From NCBI RefSeq assembly GCF_009914755.1, contig NC_060930.1: a stretch of DNA of 64,000 nucleotides; one strand, written 5' to 3'. The DNA comes from the human T2T-CHM13v2.0 reference genome, Homo sapiens. This document shows positions 51,704-64,000 of this stretch, piece after piece. A model generated the notes under the pieces. That model ran no database searches, was not told the origin of the DNA, and worked only from the letters and a program-made list of their open reading frames with translations. The translations under genes were made by a program, and so were the position numbers. Positions within the stretch are counted from its first letter, which is position 1. The number at the start of each line of letters is the position of its first letter.

Positions 51704-53071
51704 CATAGTTCCTATGACCTATGGTCTAATGTAGCACATGCAGAGCCAGCTACTGTGACAGTTCTTGGCCTAGAGACTTTTCCATGTAGGAAGCCAGGCT
51801 GAGTTCAGAGCAACCCAGCTGAGCCAGCCCTGCACCCAGCTTCCATTTGGCTAGGTTACCTTCTACATGCAGTCTGAGCCCAGAAAATGGGTCATTGGAA
51901 GATATTTTTAAGTGTAATGATTTAAAAATCTACTCAGTCAAAATAAATGAAAACATAAAATCTTTTGTAAGAATATGCTTTATACCAGAAATGTAGGCAA
52001 AGGACCTCAAACATGTTTTCATCTGTTTGTTTAAGAAATATGTTTCTGTTAGTAATTAGGAAACAGCAAGAGAAAACTATTATCTGTGGTTAATTTGCTT
52101 AAGTAAGGGATGTGTCTGTGATTATGACTGCATTTCTAAAAACAAAGTGGACCTTGGCAACTATCAGAATCAATGTGAAAAAAATATTTAAAAAAATTCA
52201 AATCCAAAAAGCTATCAAGAAACTCTGATCTGAAATCTTTCTGAGAGTAAAAGTGATATACACGTAACTTCTGGAGCTGCAATCTAAAGTTTTGATAAAA
52301 CAGCTGTCTTCTACCTTCTCCTCCAAGAAAAACTCCTAACTCATTCTTTATGGCCTCCAAGGGATGGGTGAGGAAAATTCAAGGCCCCACCCTACCCTCT
52401 GAATAAGAATCTCTCTAGGAAACACTTTCAATGAGCTCCCAGAGGAGCCTCACACACATGAAAATTGGACAATTAACTTGCTCTGGTCATCTTCCTTTAT
52501 TCCATCAGTTTATTCAAGTTTCTCCTTCATTTTGTGATAACCTGCTGAAAATGGCTAGGCGAGCAACAGGCAAATGATAAAGTCAGTGAATTATGGCATT
52601 TGCCAAACATAACAATTGGAAAATTAATATAGAAAGTCAATGTAGTGTGTGACACAGGCTGTGCCATGAGTTCAGGGTTTTGTCGTCTGTGCTGGTGTCA
52701 TTTTGTTTGTTTCACTCCACCTGCCCTGGGGTATTTGGGACTTTTTTGGCAGACTGCTGAACTTCAGTTCAGAGCAGGGGAGCAAAGCAAGCATTTGACA
52801 CTTATGGCCATGGTGTTTCCCTCTATTTTGTGGATAGCAGAGGACATCAGAACAAATGGTCTGTACAAAGCACAGCCTAGGGAGATTTGGGGGTGATGGA
52901 AACATTTTGCAGGTTGATTTTGGCAGGATTCCATGAACTGATGCAGGCATGAACATTCATAGGATACATATCCTAAAACAGCAATTTACTGTATGATATT
53001 TTTTTCAAAAATAAAAAAAGAATGGTCCAGATTTACCTAGTTCGTGGCATTTTATAAAAATGAACTTTTTT

Positions 53072-53627
<556 letters not shown>

Positions 53628-53654
53628 TTACTTGGGCTAAGATAGAGACAGGTT

Positions 53655-54270
53655 TTACATTTGTTGAGGTATAAATGACATACAGTAACCTGCACCTACT
53701 TGAAGTGTACATCTTAATATATTTTGAGTTGTGCTTATACCCATGAAGCCATTGTCACTGTCAAGATAGTGAGCATATCCATCTGCTGGACAGTTTCCTC
53801 CTGCTACTGTGCAATGCAGCTTTCCCAGGGTCCTTGTCTCTCTAGTTTATAGGCAAGCATTCATCTGCTTCCTGTCACTATAGATTAGTTTGCACTTTCT
53901 AGATTTGGGTATCAGTAGACTCATACAGTATGAACTCCTTTGACTGGCTTCTCTCACCTAGCATAATCATTTTGAGATTCATCCAAAACATTGTGTGTAT
54001 CAGTAGTTCACTCTGTTTTACTAGTGAGCAGTATTTCCTTGTATGGCTGTGCTACAGTTTGTTTACCTAGTCAGATCACCTGTTGATAAACACTTGTGTT
54101 GTTTCAACTTTTTGACTATTACAAACAAAGATGCTATAAACATTTATGTGGAAGTGTTTGGATGGACATATGTTTCCATTTCTCTTGGATAAATGACTGA
54201 GTGGAATGGATGGATTTTGTAGTAGGTGTACGCTCACCTTTTTAAGAAACCACCACACTATTTTCTAAAG
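53655..54270 (-). mobile_element. L1M (L1MC/MD-like) 3' fragment
   Basis: ttgaggtataaatgacatacagtaa...tcactatagattagtttgc...tttaagaaaccaccacacta. Confidence 0.7.
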
Positions 54271-54565
54271 GTAGACAATTTTTTTAAATGAGTACTGAAT
54301 TATTTTGTAATACATAATACCAAAACCTTACTATTTTCAGGGATCCACAGCTTCTAGGTAAATAGCAACACACTCTAACTAGAAAACAGTATTTCTCAAA
54401 AGGAAATGTTTAGAAAATAAAACCAAGGAAAACGTTGGCATCTATCAAACCTTATCTTTTTCTTTATTCTAATTTGGTTAGCTATTTCAGTTACACTAAC
54501 CATTTAAAGAATTGCATGATTGTGAAATATGGCACAGAGTCCATTATTTCTTTTTCATTCTACAG

Positions 54566-54595
54566 ATAATCCTCTGCTTGTTGTGAGGCCCCCAG
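54566..54595 (+). CDS. FNDC1: FNDC1 exon 20, 30-nt microexon (DNPLLVVRPP)
   Basis: Acceptor tttttcattctacag|, consensus donor cag|gtaagt; phase 1-1. Confidence 0.92.
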
Positions 54596-55090
54596 GTAAG
54601 TTTATGTTCTTGATAATCTGGACATTCTGGTAATCAAGTTGAATATTGAATATGAGATTGTTGTGATTACTCACAATTAGAAAGTCTGGACCATTTTCAC
54701 AATTTTCTGTCAACTTCTATGCTTTCCTTGCACTCGTCATCCTGATCTTCTTTACTCTGTGGGAAAGAATGACCTGGGAATTTTAAAATAGAGCCATAGC
54801 AATCAACATCTATGAAAAAACACTATGGAGTAGCCAGTCCTATGAAACAGATACTTTATTTTCATGACCATTTGAATATTTTAAATCACTGAAAAGGTAG
54901 CAAAGTGCAACAAGTAAAACAGCAAGTTTTACGTTGTTTTTCAAGGAAATTGAGAAAACCTTGTTGCTTGACTGCAAATCAGGTCTTCTGAGTGGCAAGA
55001 AGTGGAGTCTATGCAGAGGGACCTGGGGACAGGATGGCATGCCCCAAAAGACCAAATCTGCCATTACAGCTTATTTTCCTTGCCGTTTAA

Positions 55091-55876
<786 letters not shown>

Positions 55877-56049
55877 TGATTTATCAAGTACAAACTTGGC
55901 ACCACAGGTGCATCGGAATGTTTATGAGGGCTGGAGCTACGACTATGGCTCACTCTGCCTCTAATACAAACCAATTTTACAGATTCTACTTTGAGGATAC
56001 TAGTTTTTACACTGGCAACCCAAAAATATTTTAAAAGGTTTACTATGTT

Positions 56050-56198
56050 GGCCGGGCACAGTGGCTCACACCTGTAATCACAGCACTTTGGGAGGCCGAG
56101 GTGGGTGGATTACTTGAGATCAGGAATTCAAGACCAGCCTGGCCAACATGGTGAAACCCATCTCTACTAAAAAGAAATAAAAAATGAACAAATGAAAA
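56050..56198 (+). mobile_element. Alu left monomer only
   Basis: Stops after tctctactaaaaa with an A-rich tail. Confidence 0.8.
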
Positions 56199-57179
56199 AT
56201 TCACTATGTCTTAGGAATGACATAGTGACTGGCTATGTCACTCCAAAATTCTATTAGAAATCTAGGGTTTTTTTTTTTTTGCCACTAATACAATAATAAT
56301 GAGTACGAGCGTGAGCTGGAATAATTGAGGAAAAGTTTCCTCTCCAGCCCCTGACACAGCCACAACTTTACAGAGAAAAAATGTAAATGGTGGAACATAT
56401 ATCAGCAGTAATATTTGTTCTGTGTCCTAATAAAAATCACATTGTTTTTATCATGGTGGGAGATTAAAACAAAGAATAATTCGAGTGCTTTGAGCTGCTA
56501 ACACTTCCTAATGCAATTTCTATTCAGCTGGCTTTTCACTGACCCACCGACACAGCAAATTTGTTTTTTATTTTTAAACTTGCACAACTCTAAATTTTTC
56601 AGTGTATACATTGTTAAAACTTTACCTCAGCTGGTCTACATTTTGTTGTTGGTCAAAAATATATTTTGGGCATTTTTTGTTGTTTTTCTTTTTCTTGTTA
56701 GTAGTGATCATTTAAAAACTATCAAAACAAAGTCCCTCCTTCGACCCCAACCCTAGCAATTTCTGTGTATATGCTTCTCCCAACAAGTACGGTCTGTCTC
56801 TCTCTCTCTCTCTGCTCTTTTCTTTCTCTTCCATCACTGTCCTTTTCCTCCCCTGCTTCAGAATTCCTAGGAGAGGCTGCATAACCATGTGTCATATCCC
56901 AGAATTGGGAGAAACAAGTTTGTCCTACTGTGCAGCCATGGCTCAGGACCATGGACAGCGTCTCATGCCACAGGCCCGCCCCCTCCTAGTTACACATGAA
57001 AATAGATTCTTCTATTTGTATAGACCTTCCTGCCTTTCATAGTAACTTCATGATGTATTCTCCAACTATCATAGTTTTCATCATTCCTTTTTTTTTTAGA
57101 ACTAAGGAATAGAAAAGTCTACTCGAAACTGCCTATAGTGTTAATGCTGTAATTCCAACTTACTGGACATTCATTAAGT

Positions 57180-57290
57180 ATTTAGCATACTTTGATCTTG
57201 CTGAATTCTTACAACCTTTATGAGATTGGTGCCATTATCACCATTTTCAGACATGAAAAATACAGCACACACAGTTTAAGTAATATGCTG
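57180..57290 (-). mobile_element. MIR fragment
   Basis: cttacaacctttatgagattggtgccattatcaccattttcagacatgaaaaa. Confidence 0.5.
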
Positions 57291-57342
57291 AATTCAAACA
57301 GTCTCCAAAGCTTGTGCAAAAAAACTCCTAAACCAGTTGTGA

Positions 57343-57630
<288 letters not shown>

Positions 57631-58131
57631 TAAGGTCATAAAAATAAATAAAATAAAGAATCAACAAAATACTTCTATTATGTATGGGTGAGGGGGTGAG
57701 TCTCAAGGAGGTGGGGAACGGCATGAACAAAGGTACAGAGAAGGCAAAGATAAACACACATGCAGACCCACCGTGATATGTTTCAGGAGGTAACGTATAA
57801 GCTATTTGATTGTGGCATTATAAGGTGAAGACAAAATACACTAATCTCAAAGGTTAACAATTAATGTTACTAACTCTCTCGGCCTCCAAATGAATAAACA
57901 GAACAACTGAGTACAGTCTAGCACCCTTTTGATTATGCACTCAGCTCTGAGTGATCAGGTATTTTCCAGACATGAGATGTTCTGATTTGCTAAATTTTTA
58001 GATTGGAAAAAATGCTGTAGGTAGCTACATGAATTACCCATTTTCAAAAAATAAAATACAGTAAAATACAGAAAAGAGTAAAATAAGCATATTAGTCAAG
58101 GTTCTCTCATCCAAAGAAACAATCAATAGGA

Positions 58132-58740
58132 TCTCTCTCTCTATCTATCCACCCATCCATCTATCCGTCTCTCTCTCTCTATCATCTATCTATATCTATC
58201 TACTCATCTACCTATCTATCCATCTATGTATGTATGTATGTATCCATCCATCTCTCTATCCATCTATCTATCCATCCATCCATCTATCTATCCATTTATG
58301 CATCCATCTATCTATCTATCTATCTATCATCCATCCATGTATCTATTATTAATCTATCTACACATCTACTTATGTATGTGTGTATCTATCTATTCATCTA
58401 TCTATTCATCTATCTATCTATCTATCCATACTGTCTATCCTTATATTTATAACTATCTATCCATCCATCTGTTCATCTGCTTGTCTATCTCTGTATCCAT
58501 CATCTATCTATCCATACTTCAATCTATCTATCCACCTATCCATGTATCTATTTATCCATCCATCCATCCATCCATCCATCCATCCATCCACCCACCTCTA
58601 GGTATCTATCTATCTGTCTATCTATCTATCTATCCATTTGTTTATCTAGGTATCCATCCATCTGTCCATCCATCTATCTATCCATCTGTCTATGTATGTA
58701 TGTATGTATGTATGTATCCATCCATTATCTACCTATTCAC

Positions 58741-58775
<35 letters not shown>

Positions 58776-58783
58776 CATCTATC

Positions 58784-58830
<47 letters not shown>

Positions 58831-58997
58831 CATCCATCTATCCTATCTATTTATCTAACTATCTATCTATCTATCTATTTATCTATCTATCTATCCATTT
58901 GTTTATCTAGGTATCCATCCATCTGCCCATCCATCTATCTATCCATCTATGTATGTATGTATGTATGTAGGTATCCATCCATTATCTACCTATTCAC

Positions 58998-59044
<47 letters not shown>

Positions 59045-59123
59045 CATCCATCCATGCATCCATCTATCCATCCATCCATCCATCCATCCATCCATCCATC
59101 CATCCATCCATCCATCTATCCTA

Positions 59124-59197
<74 letters not shown>
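58132..59197. repeat. ~1.07-kb complex (TCTA/TCCA/TATG/TCTG)n array
   Basis: Directly visible; source of the spurious YLSI-repeat ORFs. Confidence 0.95.
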
Positions 59198-59199
<2 letters not shown>

Positions 59200-59453
59200 A
59201 TTATTTTAAAGAACCGTCTCACACAATTGTGGAAACTGAAGTCCAAAATCTGCAGGGTAGGTTGTCAGGTTGGAGATCCAGGGAAGAGCTGATGTTGCAG
59301 TTCAAATCCAAAGGCCACTTGCAGGCAGAGTTACCTCTGGTTAGGGGAACCTCAGTCTTTTTCTATTCAGGCCTTTGAATGATTGGACAAGGCCCACCCA
59401 CAATATGGAGGGTCACCTGCTCTAGTCAGTCTGGTGATTTAGATGTTAATCTT

Positions 59454-59849
59454 GGCCAGGCACTGTGGCTCACACCTGTAATCCCAGCACCTTGGGAGGC
59501 TGATGTGGGAGGATTGCTTGAGCCCAGGAGTTTGAGACCAGCCTAGGCAACATAGTGAGACCCCATCTCTACAAAAAGTAAAAAAATTATCCAGGTGTGG
59601 TGGTGCATGCCTGTAGTCCCAGCTACCCAGGAGGCTGAGATGGGAGGACTGCTTGAGCTGGTGAGGTCTAGGCTGCAGTGACCTAGAGGTGACCTAGTGA
59701 TCTAGAGGTCTAGGCTGCCTTTTGGTTAAAGAGCCATTTGGTCTGTCCTGCAAGTCTGTCTTGGTTTTGTGGCCCCACTGCAAGAGGACAACAGACTGGG
59801 TAACATAGCAAGATCTTATCTCCAAAATAAAGAAAAGAAATACAATAAT
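59454..59849 (+). mobile_element. AluJ with rearranged right arm
   Basis: Normal Alu up to gctgcagtga, then a stutter and foreign insert, then ctgggtaacatagcaagatc. Confidence 0.85.
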
Positions 59850-60529
59850 AAATGGTAATCTCATCTAAGAAATAGTTTACAAAAACATTTAATGTTGGAT
59901 CAGATATATAGCCTAGTCCAGTTGACACATAAAATTAACTATTACAACAAATCTACAAACTATATCACCTTTCTTCATTTTTTTCTGGGTCTTACAGTCC
60001 CTCAGGGTTACTAGTGCCTGCATTATCCATATTCCATGGTGTCCCTGTGACTGTGGTCATGGGACTGGCCCTGAACAGAGCTGCTGGGTATTCAGCACAC
60101 TCACTGGTGGAAGGGCAGACAGCTATTTATTTGGCGAAAGTAAACAGGGCCAAGAGTGTGAGAGCAGTTACTGAGTTTCCAGAAAAATTTTTAGAAGGTT
60201 GGAGCATCCCTCCTACTTCAAGGGAGAAATGGTCAGAAATGCTACAGGTTTTTTTTGAGAGATTTCCTTGAAAGGTCTAAAAATCTACCCCAGAGTCCAG
60301 GAATTAAGCCTTGGAGGATAGAGGTAAGTTGGGGGCCCTGAGCTCTGTAAGAATGGGGCAGGAATCTGGCTCAATGTCATCCATCCAGGTCAGGGCCTGC
60401 CCAGTAGTGAGTGCTGACTAGCAACTGGCTAAAATTATCTTCTTCCATGGGGAGAGAGAGATCATGCCATCCTAGCTGTGTCACACATGTGTGGGGACTG
60501 GACGATCTCTACAGATCTGTTTGGGATAA

Positions 60530-60988
<459 letters not shown>

Positions 60989-61653
60989 TCACAGGACCGT
61001 CATGCTGCAAGCTTGCCCTGCCCAGCCCCACCAACTAAGTCGCACTAGGGGCTGTGAGCAAAGACAGCCAGCATGCTCAGCCCCGCTGCCCTAGGTGCCA
61101 GGAAGGTCACAGATGGACACTGGCCATTCTGGTCATCTCAGTCTGGAACTCAGTCCCACTTCTTGGCCTGGACAATGAACAGGATTCAGTTTTGCTGTTA
61201 ACTTTGCTTCTCTACTTTTTTTTGTTTGTTTGTAATAGCACATCCCAGAGACATCAGAAACCAGCAACTGATTCAGTGTGATTTCCAGACTTTTTAGGCA
61301 TGAAATTCGGACACTTCAGTATTTCCAGGAATAGCATATGCACGCTGTTCTTGCTTCATGGAATGCTACATGCTTTCTGTTTTTCTCATTTTGGATTTCT
61401 CCAAAACTAACTGAATTTAAGCTTCAGGTCCCTTTGTATGCAGTAGAAAGGAATTATTAAAAACACCACCAAAGAAAATAAATATATCCTACTTGAAATT
61501 TACTCTATGGACTTACCCACTGCTAGAATAAATGTATCAAATCTTATTTGTAAATTCTCAATTTTGATATATATATGTATATATGCATATACATATCCAC
61601 ACTTGTCTGCAAGAATATTGATTAAAATTGCTAAATTTGTACTTGTTCACCAG
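60989..61653 (+). other. FNDC1: FNDC1 3' UTR (3' end approximate)
   Basis: Follows the stop codon; AU-rich; ends in a polyA signal cluster. Confidence 0.75.
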
Positions 61654-61680
61654 ATAAATGTGTGTGGGAATTTTTGGGCA
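61456..61680 (+). terminator. Polyadenylation signal cluster
   Basis: ATTAAA 61456, AATAAA 61477, AATAAA 61527, ATTAAA 61621; the last is followed by CA near 61650 and GU/U-rich tgtgtgtgggaatttttgg. Confidence 0.7.
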
Positions 61681-62073
61681 ATAGTATTGTGTATTAAGAT
61701 CTTTTAGAAGTATCCAGGGATACATACTATGCATACTCTAGCAACAGTGGAAGGTATGCATTCTTTTTGTGGGTGCTGCGGGGCTCTGAAATGATGAGGA
61801 GGATGAGATACCATCAGTATCAGTACTAGAACTGGCCGCACCATTGACCACTGCACACCAAGTGCTTTCCACCTGAGGCGACGATCTTTCCACATCCACG
61901 GGGAAAATATATTTGTTGCCGCCATGGAGGCATATCCAGTATGTTCCAGATGGATAAAGATTTTAGATCCTAAATGATTTAAAAGTCTTGTTTTTAAGAA
62001 TTCCCTTTGTCTTTCCTTCTTAGCTCAACATCTGCTCATTGAAATAGAAGCATCTTGCCTCTCTTGACTGTAG

Positions 62074-62421
<348 letters not shown>

Positions 62422-63110
62422 TGATTATTTTTAAAACATGCTGTCCTTTCCATGAGCGTGGCTGGTCCCTGTCCCTAAGGCGGCACAGTGCCTTGAAGGG
62501 CTTATCTTCTTTCACAAAGCTGTCAGCAGAAGAGCAGCAATGGTGGAAATGGGCTGGAGGCAATTGCTTTTCTGGGACCTTTGGACTGCACCCCTATGCA
62601 ACCCATTCAACTGCAGAATGCAGTTCCCGCTCCTGGAGTTGATTATTATCAGTGCCAGCACTGAATTGAGGTGAAACCTAATGTGTCTGGTAGGTTTGAA
62701 GGTAAAATGTACAAAGACAGAAGTAACTTTGCAGGGTCTTTGTGACGGATCCATGATGTCTGATATTTTCCTCATATTCTACAATCTCCTTTCTACAGTC
62801 AACAGCAGTAAAGAAAATACAAGCATTCTGACCTCGTGGAAAAGTACTAGAATTCCTCAGGGAGACAGATCATCTGTTACCCACGTTTTAGTTTGGAAAA
62901 TAGAGTAGGAATCTTTAAGCAGCTTTGGGGTCTCTTATACATAAAAAGGGACTTCAAGAAGGAGATGGCCTATTTTTCACACTAATCCACATTCAAATAT
63001 GCTTGCAATGCCAAGCCAAAGATAAGATCTTTAAGTATAACTGAATTTCTTAATAAGCACATTACTTGCTTCCCTTATCTCCTCTCCCTCCAAATTTCTG
63101 TGTCAGCATC

Positions 63111-63461
63111 TGTATTAGTCAGTTTTCACACTGCTGATAAAGATATACCTGAGACTGGGTAATTTACAAAAGAAAGAGGTTTATTGGACTTACAGCTCCA
63201 TGTGGGGAGGCCTCACAATCATGGCAGAAGATGAAAGGTACGTCTCACATGACTGCAGACAAGAGAAGAGAGGTTGTGGGGGGAAACTCCCATTTTTAAA
63301 ACCATCAGATCTCGTGAGACTCATTCACTATCATGAGAACAGCACAGGAAAGGCTTGCCCCATGATTCAATAATCTCCCACAGGGTCCCTCCCACAACAT
63401 GTGGGAATCATGGGAGCTACAAGATGAGATTTGGGTGGGGACACAGAGCCAAACCATTTCA
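63111..63461 (-). mobile_element. THE1A/B-type MaLR solo LTR
   Basis: tgtattagtcagttttcacactgctgataaaga...ccaaaccatttca; TSD gcatc on both sides. Confidence 0.88.
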
Positions 63462-64000
63462 GCATCCACCAGCAGATTGCTCATTTCCTGCAAATGTTTT
63501 CTTGGGTCTAAATAACTCAGAATGCATGAGAAAAGAGCCATTTGGTCTGCCTAACAATCCTGTATTGGCTATGGGGCCCCACTGGAAGAGGTGGGCATTA
63601 GGGCTCAACATACAGACACAAGTGACTGCTCCTCTGTGATTCGCCACCCCTGAGAGGAGTTTATGCTTACTTCACAGAAATACAAAGAATTCACTGGCAT
63701 GCACTCATGCAACGATTTTTGAGCTCGGCCTGACATCTTTAGGCTGTATTTGATTACAGAAATTTGAACTTTTATTAAAAATAAATGTTTGCAATTTTAG
63801 ATGAAAATTACTGTAATTCCCAGGTGACAAGAGCTGCCAAAACAAAGACAAAAACAATGCATCCGAGCATAGGTGGTAAGATTGATTATCAATATTCTGC
63901 CCAAATTAACCAAATCTCCAGTACCGTGTAAATTCTGGAAGCCACATTTTAGGAAGGCTATTTGCAGCGAGATGCCAAGGAGACATTCAAGTTAGTAAGA

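Larger units (their letters stand above)
58089..59946 (-). mobile_element. MLT2 (B/C/D-type) solo LTR split by a tetranucleotide array and an Alu
   Basis: attagtcaagggttctc at one end and gttgacacataaaattaactattaca at the other; internal aagtccaaaatctgcagggtagg. Confidence 0.75.

Noticed and set aside
58226-59292. ORFs of ~200 aa with YLSI/HPSI repeats
   Set aside because: Translation of the tetranucleotide array

Overview
Human genomic DNA (a near-consensus AluYb8 is present) containing the 3' part of FNDC1 (fibronectin type III domain-containing 1 / AGS8) on the + strand. I mapped 19 coding exons with GT-AG boundaries. They join into one frame of 5225 nt from ...[10 protein letters not shown] to ...SIPGKW*. 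With my recollection of a 23-exon, 1894-aa gene, these are exons 5-23; the promoter and exons 1-4 lie upstream of the window. The encoded order is FN3 domains 2-4, a 2598-nt CpG-rich exon encoding a disordered Ser/Pro/Arg region, a Thr-rich mucin-like exon, an acidic linker, a fifth FN3 domain, an ABI3BP/TARSH-like C-terminal domain and the 3' UTR. Introns hold ordinary primate repeats (Alus, MLT2 and THE1 solo LTRs, MERs, L1/L2/MIR fragments, a 1-kb TCTA/TCCA array). I cannot show a new biological system from sequence alone. Best leads: (1) a duplicated microexon-like cassette plus hairpin in intron 5 whose 28- and 29-nt units keep frame only when both are included; (2) a candidate alternative last exon in intron 10 whose stop overlaps AATAAA, predicting an FN3-only isoform; (3) a second open frame through exon 10 ending in a hydrophobic segment; (4) in-frame tandem acceptors for exon 11; (5) an AluJ carrying a 60-bp insertion templated from 3.8 kb downstream. 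Coordinates were counted by hand; repeat ends and subfamily calls are approximate and come from remembered consensus sequences.
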